Source: Candidatus Kuenenia stuttgartensis
GTDB taxonomy: Bacteria; Planctomycetota; Brocadiia; Brocadiales; Brocadiaceae
Assembly: GCF_900232105.1 (NCBI RefSeq)
Contig: NZ_LT934425.1
Location: 3,180,001 to 3,212,000 of the forward strand
Length of the DNA stretch: 32,000 nt
Direction: 5' to 3'
In this document: positions 7,843 to 17,549 of the stretch, piece after piece
Position numbering within the stretch: the first letter of the stretch is position 1
Layout of the letters: each line of letters begins with the position of its first letter
Program-made: the position numbers and the translations under genes
Notes under the pieces: model-generated
What the model saw: only the letters and a program-made list of their open reading frames with translations
Databases searched by the model: none
Told to the model about the DNA's origin: nothing

Positions 7843-9045
7843 CTATAAATTTTTCACCGCGTTTTCTATCCTTCGGAGCGCTTCGGACAAAACAAAACGG
7901 GGACATGCAATATTCATCCTCATAAAACCCTCTCCGCCCTGCCCGAACAGATATCCCTCATCAAGGCCTACCTTCGCTTCTTTTGCCATGAAATCCCTGA
8001 GATACACCGGGTCGAACCCTAATTCCCTGCAATCAAGCCAGATCAGGTACGTGCCTTCCGGTTGTATTACCTTTATTTTTGGTATCTTTTTCTCAAAGTA
8101 ATCAAACAGGAACTCATAATTTTTGTGTAAATATACAAGAAACTGCCCCAGCCACTCATCGCCATACCTGTATGCTGCTTCCATGGCAACAAACCCGAAC
8201 ACATTAACACCCGGCAGAATTCCCTTTCTCGCCTCCTGAAATTGTTTGCGTAATCCGGCATTGGGAATGATGACAACGGAGGCTTCAAGCCCTGCAAGGT
8301 TAAACGTCTTACTGGGGGAGATACACGTTATGGAATTTTGTTCAAATTCTTCTGATAATGCAGCAAATGGCGTATGGGTAATATCGGGGAAAAGCAGCTC
8401 GCCGTGTACTTCGTCCGAAACTATTATTGCGTTATGCCGGATGACTATTTCTCCCGTTCTGATTAATTCCTCTTTAGTCCATACCCTTCCGACAGGATTA
8501 TGCGGACTGCACAGGAGCATCAATCTTATGCGATGCGGGATTGGTGGCCTTCCGTGCCTGATGGCAAAACAGGCGTCAAGTCCTTCAAGATCCATTCCAT
8601 ACCGTCCGTTCTGTAAAACAAGCTTGTTATTTACCACATGGCAGCCATTGTTCTTAATTACATTCCAGAAAGGATGATACACGGGGTCTTGGAGAATGAC
8701 TTCATCTCCAGGATGAGTGTATGCCTTTACTGCAGCATATAATGCAGGCACAATGCCCGGAGTAAAAACAATCCATTCCGGATTCACCTTCCATCCGCAG
8801 CGTTTTTGCATTCTGTAGATAACCGCATCCACTACTGATGCAGGACGGGGAAGTGAATATCCATAGATCTTGTGGTCAGCCCTTTTTTTTATGGCGTCGG
8901 TAATAGGTTTTGCTATGGGGATATCCATATCCGCAACCCACATGGGAATAACCTCCGGGCTGCCAAAAAGCGACAAAGCCCCGTCCCATTTCGCACAATC
9001 AGTATTCTTCCGCGATATAGAATGGTCAAAATCGTATTTCATCAT
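7843..9045 (-). CDS. PatB/MalY-family PLP-dependent aminotransferase / cystathionine beta-lyase
   Basis: PMWVADMDIPIAKPI, LLCSPHNPVGRVWTKEEL, SDEVHGELLF and the PLP lysine region SPSKTFNLAGLEASVVIIPN. Confidence 0.88.
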   Translation of the reverse strand: MMKYDFDHSISRKNTDCAKWDGALSLFGSPEVIPMWVADMDIPIAKPITDAIKKRADHKIYGYSLPRPASVVDAVIYRMQKRCGWKVNPEWIVFTPGIVPALYAAVKAYTHPGDEVILQDPVYHPFWNVIKNNGCHVVNNKLVLQNGRYGMDLEGLDACFAIRHGRPPIPHRIRLMLLCSPHNPVGRVWTKEELIRTGEIVIRHNAIIVSDEVHGELLFPDITHTPFAALSEEFEQNSITCISPSKTFNLAGLEASVVIIPNAGLRKQFQEARKGILPGVNVFGFVAMEAAYRYGDEWLGQFLVYLHKNYEFLFDYFEKKIPKIKVIQPEGTYLIWLDCRELGFDPVYLRDFMAKEAKVGLDEGYLFGQGGEGFMRMNIACPRFVLSEALRRIENAVKNL

Positions 9046-9105
9046 ATTTAACGCAGAAGCATTGAGTCAAAATACTTTCAAAAAATAAAAAGGAACTACA
9101 AAAAA

Positions 9106-9230
9106 TGTAACACTTGAGTTTTTTGAAAAATTCCAATAGTAACATTGTTTGCCGCACGATGTAGGAGCGAAGCATTTGCCCGTTTGGGCATGAATGCATG
9201 TATGCCAGTCATGGCAAATACTTCGCCACT
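9106..9230 (-). repeat. MITE-like palindromic repeat (family 2), partial copy
   Basis: TGTAACACTTGAGTTTTTTGAAAAATTCCAATAGTAACATTGTTTGCCGCACGATGTAGGAGCGAAGCATTTGC is near-identical to the reverse complement of the right half of 21080-21199; the distal terminal arm is absent. Confidence 0.7.
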
Positions 9231-9237
9231 ACAGATA

Positions 9238-10287
9238 TTACTTCTTCTTTGACGCCCTTTTCGCAGCTATTATCTGTCGGGCAAGGTCATCGGCAACTTC
9301 AGAGGTAGGCCTCCCCTCTTGCTGTGCTGTTTCGAAAATCCGTAAAGTTGCATCGTACAATCCTGATAGTCGCTTCATTACCTGGTTTGCATCATATTGA
9401 CCAAAAATATCGCCCGAGGCATTGAGCATACCACCCGCATTAATCACATAGTCTGGTGCATAGAGTATGCCTCTGTCGCAGAGCATTTTACCATGACGCA
9501 CTTCTGCCAGTTGATTGTTGGCGGCGCCGGCTACAATGCTTGCTTTTAGTTGTGGGATAGTATCATCGTTCAGTATGCCTCCCCTGGCACACGGGGAAAA
9601 AATATCAACATCCTGTGAGTAGATTTCTTCCGGAGCAACTACCTTTGCCCCAACGTTTTCGGATACATGAGCCGCAGCTTCCGGATTCACATCGGTAATG
9701 ATGAGTTTCGCACCGGCTTCGCGCAGATTTTTACAAAGGTGCCGGCCTACATTGCCGACTCCCTGCACGGATACGGTAAGCCCATGAAGGCTGTCACGGC
9801 CAAGTTTATGTTTTACCGCCGCCCTCATGCCATGAAAACAACCAAGGGAGGTAAAGGGGGAAGGGTCGCCTGTTGTTGCTAAACCAAAGGCATAATCACA
9901 CTCCCTGGCTAACAGCTCAACATCCTTTATGCCAATGCCGATGTCTTCTGCCGTGTAGTACTGTCCGCCTAACCGTTGTACAAATCCGGCAAAGGACGCG
10001 AGGAGTTTATCATTCTTCTCCTTGAACGGGTCGCCAATGATAACTGCCTTTCCTCCGCCAAGGGGCAAATCGGCGAGTGCGTTCTTGTAAGTCATTGCAC
10101 GGGAAAGACGAAGCGCATCCAATAATGCCTCTTCCACAGAGGCATATGGCCACATTCTGCATCCTCCGGCAGCAGGCCCTAAAGTGGTGTCATGGATAGC
10201 AATAATAGCAAACAGACCAGACTCTCTGTCGTGACAAAATAAAACTTGCTCATGATTATCATATTCACTATTATCAAATACCGGCAT
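9238..10287 (-). CDS. Glu/Leu/Phe/Val dehydrogenase family protein (leucine dehydrogenase-like)
   Basis: GPAAGGCRMWPYAS, LPLGGGKAVIIGDP, TGDPSPFTSLGCFHGMRAAV, VSVQGVGNVGRHLCKNL, AGAANNQL and APDYVINAGGM. Confidence 0.88.
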   Translation of the reverse strand: MPVFDNSEYDNHEQVLFCHDRESGLFAIIAIHDTTLGPAAGGCRMWPYASVEEALLDALRLSRAMTYKNALADLPLGGGKAVIIGDPFKEKNDKLLASFAGFVQRLGGQYYTAEDIGIGIKDVELLARECDYAFGLATTGDPSPFTSLGCFHGMRAAVKHKLGRDSLHGLTVSVQGVGNVGRHLCKNLREAGAKLIITDVNPEAAAHVSENVGAKVVAPEEIYSQDVDIFSPCARGGILNDDTIPQLKASIVAGAANNQLAEVRHGKMLCDRGILYAPDYVINAGGMLNASGDIFGQYDANQVMKRLSGLYDATLRIFETAQQEGRPTSEVADDLARQIIAAKRASKKK

Positions 10288-10358
10288 ATAAATAGTTCTC
10301 CTCTCTTAGTACCCTGGCAGTAATTTCTTTTGCATTTTTTGGCAAAATATTATAATGA

Positions 10359-10475
10359 TGAAATACGAAACACAAAATACGAAATTTCAAAATATGGGTC
10401 ACATAGGGCTTATAATACTTATATTTTTGAACATTTGAAATTTCGTATTTTTTACTTCGTGCTCGTTTGGTTTTT
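10359..10475 (+). repeat. Family 1 palindromic intergenic repeat, copy B
   Basis: AAAATACGAAATTTCAAAA...ATTTGAAATTTCGTATTTTTTACTTCGTGCTCGTTTGG: inverted arms and the shared TTCGTATTTTTTA..TCGTG..TGTTTGG-like tail. Confidence 0.55.
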
Positions 10476-10601
10476 GTCCATGTTTTAATGCGATAAAACT
10501 AAGTAAGAATGCCAAATGTGTTCGATATAAGTCAAGGCAAATATTATTGTGTGGATCATATTGGCGGATTGATAAAACGGTAGAAACGTTATACCCTGAA
10601 C

Positions 10602-10615
10602 GGTATAATTATACC
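10602..10615. promoter_or_regulatory. Perfect 14-bp palindrome GGTATAATTATACC upstream of the SNF2 helicase gene (candidate operator / -10 overlap)
   Basis: Perfect dyad containing TATAAT, with an additional half-site GTTATACC just upstream, 62 bp before the start codon. Confidence 0.35.
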
Positions 10616-10677
10616 TTGCATTTTAGCGTTTGAATTGGTGTATATTTTTCAATTAATTAAAAAGACAAAAGGCAGTT

Positions 10678-13600
10678 ATGAGTCAAAAGTTACCGCAGAA
10701 TTTCTCTGACATTTATGGACAACTTAATTCGATTGAGCAGTCTTTGTTACAGATTCTAGCCATTAATTATGCACCAATGACACAGGGGAATCTTTATTCA
10801 GTCGCGAGGAGGACAAAGGGGCTGCCAATTATTAATAAAGACCTTTTTAATATGCGGGATTTTAAATATGCTTTAGACAGGCTCGCAAAGTTCGACTTAA
10901 TCGGGCCTGTGGGAACAGGTGTGGTACAATGCAAATCAGTTTTGGTTGATGAGATTTTGGCTCGTATCTCGAAAAACGATTATTTCAGAGAATTAGTTGA
11001 CGCTGTGCAGTGTTGCGTGCCGGTACCGCCGTACGTCTATATCGATAGCCAGCTTATTGTCCGTGAAATTCGCATTGGGCTATATACAGGCAATGCTGAT
11101 ATTGTCGTGGAAAATCTGAATCGTAGTGCAAATTATTATGGAGAAAGATTTGATGCGAAAAAAGTGGTGGTGGACGTCTGTACCAACCCGCTTTTCCATG
11201 CAGAAATGTTTGATTCGCTGCATCCGGCCATAAAAAAAATTGTTTTTCAAAATATGGTGGATCATGCCATCATGAGCTATCGCCCGCTTTCTGAAGAGCA
11301 ATGTGCATCTTTGGCAAAGTATGGTACGGTTGATGAACGTGAATATGTAATCATAAGAAATATTTATGCGATGTATCTCATATTCCGCGGTAATCTGACG
11401 GAGGCTGAGAATATTGTTCAAAAAGACTTTGGATATATGGATTTAATGCTTGCACAGGGGTGTGTGGCATTTTTAAAAGGGGAAAACAGCAAATCTCTGG
11501 CAATATATGATCAGGCATTAAAAGCTTTCCAAAAAAAAATGATAAAGAAAATTGGGTTTTTCACACAAATATTAGGATTATTTTATTTATTTGCGCTTGC
11601 GAAATCAGGGCAGCCGGAAGACCTGCGCCTGGCAAAGGAATTACTGGCGTGGGGGACAAGGAATGAACCCGAAAATTTAACAAATATGTGCAAACGATGT
11701 ATCTACGCCGCAATTATTGCCCAAAATAATTTAATTCCCGAAGCAAAGGAAATACTTTCCGGGATTTTTTCTCACTTCCACAAGAACAGCGTATTTGCTT
11801 TATTTTATGAATTGGCGGCATACTGGATTGACGAAGATTTGGTGAAGTTACACGCGAAAACAAACAAAAGCCGTTTTGAGATCGCTAATAAGAACGGCTT
11901 TTTTCTACCCGCCCTTGTTCATGGCCGTCTTTTTTTAAAAAGTAAGAAAAACGCATTAATTCAACGAACCTGCGACCAATTGGCGGAGTCCACAGGCATT
12001 CAGGATATTACTGATAGTATTCATCGAAAAGAAGACTGGGAAAAAATGCTGAATGCGTTAATCGATTTATCTTTAAAAGAGAAAACCAACGCTTCTTCCA
12101 GGGAATGCAGGCTGGTCTGGATGGTTTCCCTGGACAAAAAATATATTCAGATAACCCCTAAAGGGCAGAGGCTCAATAAAAACGGCAAGTGGAGCGCCGG
12201 CAAAAGAGTCTCGCATAAAAACCTCCTGGAAGGACTGGATTATATGACCTCGCAAGATCGTAAAGTAGTGCAGGTTTTTATTGAAACGCCGAAATCAAAC
12301 ATGGACTACTATGGCCATTTTTACAGTGAAAATCATGAGAAAGCCCTTCTTGCACTTGTCGGACATCCATTGGTATTTCTGGAGGATTCGCCGCATATTG
12401 CCGTTGATTTGGTAAAAGGAGAGCCGGAACTTATTGTGGGACAGACAAAGCGGGGATACAGCCTGCAGTTTTCGGAAACATTTAAAGACACTGGTATTGA
12501 AGTCGTTAAAGAATCGCCGACACGGTATAAGATTGTTGAGATAAAGGATGAACATGTACGGATAGCAAAGTTTATGGGTAAGCGGCAAATTTCGATTCCC
12601 GCTAAGGCAAAAGAAGATTTGATAAAGGCAGTGAGCGGAATTTCCTCCCTTATAACCGTTCACTCTTTCATTGAAGGTGCGGATGAAACTATTCCAACAA
12701 TCGAGGCAAGTGCAAATACATATATCCACTTACTTCCGGTGGGGCATGGTTTTAAACTTGAAATATTTGTAAAGCCGTTTGTAACCTCCCCACCTTATTT
12801 TAACCCGGGTGCCGGGGGGAAACACGTTTTTACAGAAATCAACCAACAGCGTGTGCAAAGCAGCCGTGATCTTTCACTTGAGAAGGTCAATGCGGAAAAT
12901 ATAATAAATGCGTGTCCGTCGCTGCAGCAATCAGGCAATACCCAATGGGCATGGCTTTTTAATAACAACGAAGATTGTTTGCAGATTTTGTCAGAACTGT
13001 ATGAGGTTAAAGACAGGGTTACAGTGGAGTGGCCGGAAGGAGAAAAATTAAAAATACTGGCTGTCGCCTCATTTCCGCAGTTTAGTATGAATATCAGCCA
13101 TGAAAATGACTGGTTTTCCGCTTCAGGAGAATTAAAAATTGACGACGATTTAATCATTAAAATGAGTGATTTGCTGGACTTGCTCGATAATGGCTCCACC
13201 CGGTTTATTCAATTGAAGGATGGCCAATTTCTGGCGCTTGCAGAACAATTTCGCAAACGCCTTGAAGAAATGAATGCTTTTGCAGAGAGAGGCAAAGACG
13301 AAATAAGATTCCACCCCTTAGCCACAGTGGCTCTGGAAGATACACTGGAAGAAATCAAACAATTGAAGGTTGATAAAGCGTGGAACGATAACATTGCCCG
13401 TTTAAAAAAAGTACGGGAGAGAATTCCTGCAGTGCCTACCACCCTGCAGGCGGATTTACGAAATTATCAGGTGGAAGGATTTCAATGGTTGTCACGCCTG
13501 TCTGACTGGCGGGTAGGCGCATGCCTTTCAGATGATATGGGGTTGGGTAAAACCATTCAAGCCTTAACGGTAATCCTTGAACATGCAAAGGAAGGTCCGT

Positions 13601-14829
13601 CGCTGGTTATTGCCCCGGCCTCCGTTTGTATGAACTGGATATCTGAGGCCAGCCGGTTTGCCCCTACGCTTAACGTATCTATTTTCGGGGAAGAAAAAGA
13701 CAGAAAAGAGGCCATTAAAAAACAGGGGCCTTTTGACCTGCTTGTTTGCAGCTATGGCTTGCTGCAACAGGAAGAAAAAATACTCGCCGACAAAAAGTGG
13801 ACGATTATCATACTGGATGAAGCCCAGGCGATAAAGAACTCCAATACCAAGCGGTCAAAGGCGGCGATGGCGCTGAAAGGGGATTTTAAAATTATTACTA
13901 CCGGTACGCCAATTGAAAACCATCTGGGAGAACTGTGGAATCTGTTTCAATTTATTAATCCAGGTCTGCTGGGAAGCATAAAAAGATTCAACGAAAAATA
14001 TGCAATTCCCATAGAACGGGACAAAAGTCACCAGGCAAGACTGCGGTTAAAGAAACTTATCCAACCGTTCATTTTAAGGAGAACAAAGGCACAGGTATTG
14101 GAAGAACTTCCGCCTAAAACGGAAATCACCCTTTCGGTGGAGATGACGCCTGAAGAATCCGCCTTCTATGAAGCATTGCGGCAAAAAGCAATAGACAACA
14201 TCGAATCTTTTGATTTCGGAAAAGGAGAAGGATATTTGCGGGTATTGGCGGAAATCATGAAACTTCGCCGCGCATGCTGCCATTCCAGGCTTGTTGTTCC
14301 CGGCCATTCTTTAGAAAGCTCAAAAATCAGATTGTTTGGAGAGGTTGTACAGGAACTTATGGAAAACAATCACAAGGCGTTGGTATTCAGCCAGTTTGTT
14401 GATTATTTGGCGATTATCAGAGAATATGTGGAAGGCCTTAATATTTCTTATCAATACCTAGACGGCAGCACGCCGATGAAAGAACGCAAAAGAAGTGTAG
14501 ATGCGTTTCAGTCGGGAGAAGGAGAATTATTCCTGATTAGCCTAAAGGCCGGAGGGCTTGGTCTGAATCTGACGGCTGCTGATTATGTGATTCATATGGA
14601 TCCGTGGTGGAACCCGGCAGTGGAAGATCAGGCGTCAGACCGGGCGCACCGGATAGGGCAAAAGCGCCCGGTTACGATTTACCGTCTGGTAACAAAGGGA
14701 ACTATAGAAGAAAAAATAGTCAACCTTCATCAGCACAAACGGGAATTGGCCGACAGCCTTCTCGAAGGAAGCGATATGAGCGGCAAAATTACTACGGAAC
14801 AATTATTACAACTGATTCACGGGCAGTAA
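10678..14829 (+). CDS. SNF2-family DEAD/DEAH-box helicase, 1383 aa, with long N-terminal region
   Basis: DDMGLGKTIQALTVI (Walker A), IILDEAQAIKN (DEAQ box), TGTPIENHLGELWNLFQFINPG, KALVFSQFVDYLAIIREYV, FLISLKAGGLGLNLTAADYVIHMDPWWNPAVEDQASDRAHRIGQ. Confidence 0.93.
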   Translation: MSQKLPQNFSDIYGQLNSIEQSLLQILAINYAPMTQGNLYSVARRTKGLPIINKDLFNMRDFKYALDRLAKFDLIGPVGTGVVQCKSVLVDEILARISKNDYFRELVDAVQCCVPVPPYVYIDSQLIVREIRIGLYTGNADIVVENLNRSANYYGERFDAKKVVVDVCTNPLFHAEMFDSLHPAIKKIVFQNMVDHAIMSYRPLSEEQCASLAKYGTVDEREYVIIRNIYAMYLIFRGNLTEAENIVQKDFGYMDLMLAQGCVAFLKGENSKSLAIYDQALKAFQKKMIKKIGFFTQILGLFYLFALAKSGQPEDLRLAKELLAWGTRNEPENLTNMCKRCIYAAIIAQNNLIPEAKEILSGIFSHFHKNSVFALFYELAAYWIDEDLVKLHAKTNKSRFEIANKNGFFLPALVHGRLFLKSKKNALIQRTCDQLAESTGIQDITDSIHRKEDWEKMLNALIDLSLKEKTNASSRECRLVWMVSLDKKYIQITPKGQRLNKNGKWSAGKRVSHKNLLEGLDYMTSQDRKVVQVFIETPKSNMDYYGHFYSENHEKALLALVGHPLVFLEDSPHIAVDLVKGEPELIVGQTKRGYSLQFSETFKDTGIEVVKESPTRYKIVEIKDEHVRIAKFMGKRQISIPAKAKEDLIKAVSGISSLITVHSFIEGADETIPTIEASANTYIHLLPVGHGFKLEIFVKPFVTSPPYFNPGAGGKHVFTEINQQRVQSSRDLSLEKVNAENIINACPSLQQSGNTQWAWLFNNNEDCLQILSELYEVKDRVTVEWPEGEKLKILAVASFPQFSMNISHENDWFSASGELKIDDDLIIKMSDLLDLLDNGSTRFIQLKDGQFLALAEQFRKRLEEMNAFAERGKDEIRFHPLATVALEDTLEEIKQLKVDKAWNDNIARLKKVRERIPAVPTTLQADLRNYQVEGFQWLSRLSDWRVGACLSDDMGLGKTIQALTVILEHAKEGPSLVIAPASVCMNWISEASRFAPTLNVSIFGEEKDRKEAIKKQGPFDLLVCSYGLLQQEEKILADKKWTIIILDEAQAIKNSNTKRSKAAMALKGDFKIITTGTPIENHLGELWNLFQFINPGLLGSIKRFNEKYAIPIERDKSHQARLRLKKLIQPFILRRTKAQVLEELPPKTEITLSVEMTPEESAFYEALRQKAIDNIESFDFGKGEGYLRVLAEIMKLRRACCHSRLVVPGHSLESSKIRLFGEVVQELMENNHKALVFSQFVDYLAIIREYVEGLNISYQYLDGSTPMKERKRSVDAFQSGEGELFLISLKAGGLGLNLTAADYVIHMDPWWNPAVEDQASDRAHRIGQKRPVTIYRLVTKGTIEEKIVNLHQHKRELADSLLEGSDMSGKITTEQLLQLIHGQ

Positions 14830-14917
14830 GTGTATTGAATAGTGTAGGGGCGAAGCATTTGTTATAAACGGTCGTTGCTTGTTCCTTACCTGATATCTCA
14901 GCCCACTAAATTCTCAT

Positions 14918-14944
14918 GTAGTGCGACGAGTTTCGTCGTACTAC
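14918..14944. repeat. Imperfect hairpin GTAGTGCGACGAGTTTCGTCGTACTAC between convergent genes
   Basis: GTAGT-CGACGA / TCGTCG-ACTAC arms around a short loop; lies between the convergent SNF2 and RecQ genes. Confidence 0.45.
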
Positions 14945-15003
14945 AAATGACAATTTCCAGTTTCGAAAGGTTAAAGTGTTACCAACTTATTGAGAAGTTA
15001 CTA

Positions 15004-17160
15004 TCAATCCCCTTTTTCCATAGAATATCGTATCTTTGCCCTGACTAATTTTATTTCATCGTAGGAATACTCTTCTCCTAATTTTTCTTTAACAGGGGTT
15101 AACGCCTCCATACCCAGTTCTCCCAGCACCGTGCGGATTCGTTGCTGTTTTGCCGGAGCAACAAATTTATCTATGGAGACATCTTCTCCCGCGATTATAA
15201 GCGTTTCAAGATGAGTGGCGATTGTAGATGTTGCAAGGCCTCTTTTCCCGGCTATTTCCCGAAGCGAAAGATTGTTTTTATAGAGTTCCAGCGTTGTGTA
15301 AACAGTGGGAGATTTCATTTGTTTCCTCAAGGTTGCCTGCCGTCTGGAGTTCGCCTCTTTTGGCGTTATCTGGTGTTGTCTGCAATAATTGCATATTTCT
15401 TTTAAGAAAAGGTCTCCGTATTTTCTTAATTTCAGTTCACCCATACCGCTGATTTTTTTTAAATCAGAAGCTGTTTGTGGATACCGCATCGACATTTCCT
15501 TTAAACTTGTGTCATGGAAAATAACATAAGGAGGCATAGACTCCTGGTCTGCAAGCGTTTTTCTTAGCGTCCTCAAACGTTCAAACAACGCCAGATCATA
15601 ATTCTTATCTTCTCCGGACACGGCCAACGAAGCGGTTTCCTCTGGTTTTACCAAAAGAACCTTCTTCTTGCCTTGCAATACCTCACGGCTCTGGCTGGTC
15701 AGTTTTAAGACGGGGTATCTGTCGCCTTCCTGCGCCAGATACCCCAACTGGATCAATTCACGGGAAAATGTTAGCCATTGGGATTTTGAATATTCCTTTC
15801 CTATGCCAAACGTTGTAAGAGCTGTATGGCTATTTTGCAGTATTTTCTGGTTTTGCGAGCCTAGCAGGACGTCGATAACGTGATGCATGCCAAAAGATTC
15901 ACCCACTCTATAGACACACGACAACAGTTTTTGCGCAGCAACTGTTCCGTCAAATTGTTCCTTTGGGTTAAGACAGGTATCACAATTTTCACAATTGTGC
16001 GTAGTAAATTTTTCTCCGAAATAATCGAGCAATATCTTTCTCCGGCAAACGTTGCCTTCGCAATATGACACGAGCGCCTTTAATTGTTGATATGCCGCCT
16101 GTTTTTCGTTTTCATCCTCCTTTTGATGTATAAAATATTCTATCTTAATCTTATCTGCATAACTGAAGAGAAGGATGCAGTCGCTTTTTAGCCCGTCTCT
16201 GCCGGCGCGTCCTGTTTCCTGATAATATCCTTCAATGCTTTTCGGCAAATCATAGTGAATCACGTAACGTACATTCGGTTTATCGATGCCCATGCCAAAC
16301 GCAATGGTTGCTACAATAATCTCTATGTCTTCACGAATAAAACGCTCCTGATTTTCTGTTCTCATTTCAGCGGACAATCCGGCGTGGTAGGGAAGGGCGC
16401 GATACCCTTCTCCCTGTAAACTCCCTGCCAGGCTTTCAACTGTTTTACGTCCCTGACAATAGATGATGCCCGACTCCTTCTTTCGTTCTTTTAAAACACA
16501 AAGAATCTGGTGGTATGGATTGTCTTTGGGTATGATCTGATAAAAAAGGTTTTTTCTGTTGAAGCTGGCATTAAAGACTTTGTAGTCGGTCAATTTTAAT
16601 TGCGTTACAATATCTTTCTGCACGGAAGGCGTGGCGGTGGCCGTCAATGCCATGAACGGCGTCTTTGGGAATTTCTCCCTCAACATCTTTAATTGGCGGT
16701 ATTCCGGCCTGAAGTCATGTCCCCATTCAGAAATACAATGCGATTCGTCTATTGCGAAAAGGGAAACTTTCAATTCCTGCAGGAACTGAAGGAATTCACG
16801 CATGGCAAGCCTTTCGGGGGCGATATAAAGAATCTTGATTTTACCCTCCAAAAGGTCCCTTTTTCTTGCCGCAACCTCGCGGGCATGCACGGAGCTGTTA
16901 ATGAATGTTGCGGAAATGCCGTTTTCCGTTAATCCATCCACCTGATCTTTCATCAAGGCAATTAAAGGAGATATAACAACCGTTATTCCATCGAAAAGCA
17001 GTGCGGGCAATTGATAACACAAAGACTTGCCGCCCCCTGTAGGCATGAGGACAAAGAGGTCTTTTTGCTCCAGCACCCACCGGATAATATCTTCCTGAAG
17101 CGGATAGAACTTTGAATAGCCAAAATATTTTTGTAACGCCGAATAAATACGGTCTTTCAT
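15004..17160 (-). CDS. recQ: ATP-dependent DNA helicase RecQ
   Basis: YFGYSKFYPLQEDIIRWVLEQKDLFVLMPTGGGKSLCYQLPALL, AIDESHCISEWGHDFRPEYRQL, TATATPSVQKDI, HAGLSAEMRTENQERF, IPKSIEGYYQETGRAGRDG, an HRDC domain and a C-terminal HTH. Start placed at Met 17160; the longer tracked ORF extends into repeat DNA. Confidence 0.92.
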   Translation of the reverse strand: MKDRIYSALQKYFGYSKFYPLQEDIIRWVLEQKDLFVLMPTGGGKSLCYQLPALLFDGITVVISPLIALMKDQVDGLTENGISATFINSSVHAREVAARKRDLLEGKIKILYIAPERLAMREFLQFLQELKVSLFAIDESHCISEWGHDFRPEYRQLKMLREKFPKTPFMALTATATPSVQKDIVTQLKLTDYKVFNASFNRKNLFYQIIPKDNPYHQILCVLKERKKESGIIYCQGRKTVESLAGSLQGEGYRALPYHAGLSAEMRTENQERFIREDIEIIVATIAFGMGIDKPNVRYVIHYDLPKSIEGYYQETGRAGRDGLKSDCILLFSYADKIKIEYFIHQKEDENEKQAAYQQLKALVSYCEGNVCRRKILLDYFGEKFTTHNCENCDTCLNPKEQFDGTVAAQKLLSCVYRVGESFGMHHVIDVLLGSQNQKILQNSHTALTTFGIGKEYSKSQWLTFSRELIQLGYLAQEGDRYPVLKLTSQSREVLQGKKKVLLVKPEETASLAVSGEDKNYDLALFERLRTLRKTLADQESMPPYVIFHDTSLKEMSMRYPQTASDLKKISGMGELKLRKYGDLFLKEICNYCRQHQITPKEANSRRQATLRKQMKSPTVYTTLELYKNNLSLREIAGKRGLATSTIATHLETLIIAGEDVSIDKFVAPAKQQRIRTVLGELGMEALTPVKEKLGEEYSYDEIKLVRAKIRYSMEKGD

Positions 17161-17173
17161 TTTATCAATACAT

Positions 17174-17252
17174 CCTAAACTGGCATAGCCAGAACTAAAC
17201 AAGCACGAGATAAAAAATACGAAATTCGAAGTACGAAATACGAAACAAATTC
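17174..17252 (-). repeat. Family 1 intergenic repeat, copy C (inverted relative to copy A)
   Basis: Reverse complement reads GAATTTGTTTCGTATTTCGTACTTCGAATTTCGTATTTTTTATCTCGTGCTTGTTTAGTTCTGGCTATGCCAG, closely matching 2105-2171. Confidence 0.75.
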
Positions 17253-17312
17253 GAATAACAAAGCATAAAATCCAAAACATACAACAAAAAGAAATTACTG
17301 CTAAGGCACTAA

Positions 17313-17549
17313 TCAATTGCAAGATGAATCTTTATGGCGTTTTCCACCTTCGAGTCCATCACCAAGAGTGTCTTCCCATTCCTTGTATAATTCATAATCT
17401 TCATTAACTGCCTCTTTATATGCAGCCTCTAATTTATTTCGGAGCCTTTTCTTCATGCAATTTCTTTTTCTCTCCAACGCATTATTTATTCGTTTTCTGC
17501 GCAGCTTGAATTTTTTCGATAGTTCTCCGTATTTCCGCTGCTTCATCAC
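17313..17549 (-). CDS. Small basic hypothetical protein (78 aa), overlapping the 3' end of the upstream TPR gene
   Basis: Open frame, K/R/E-rich, RKYGELSKKFKLRRKRINNALERKR...; no recognised domain. Confidence 0.3.
   Translation of the reverse strand: MMKQRKYGELSKKFKLRRKRINNALERKRNCMKKRLRNKLEAAYKEAVNEDYELYKEWEDTLGDGLEGGKRHKDSSCN

Noticed and set aside
10678-17160. SNF2 helicase plus RecQ as a two-gene defence system
   Set aside because: The genes are convergent, separated by repeat-containing intergenic DNA, and not co-transcribed; no effector partner is adjacent.
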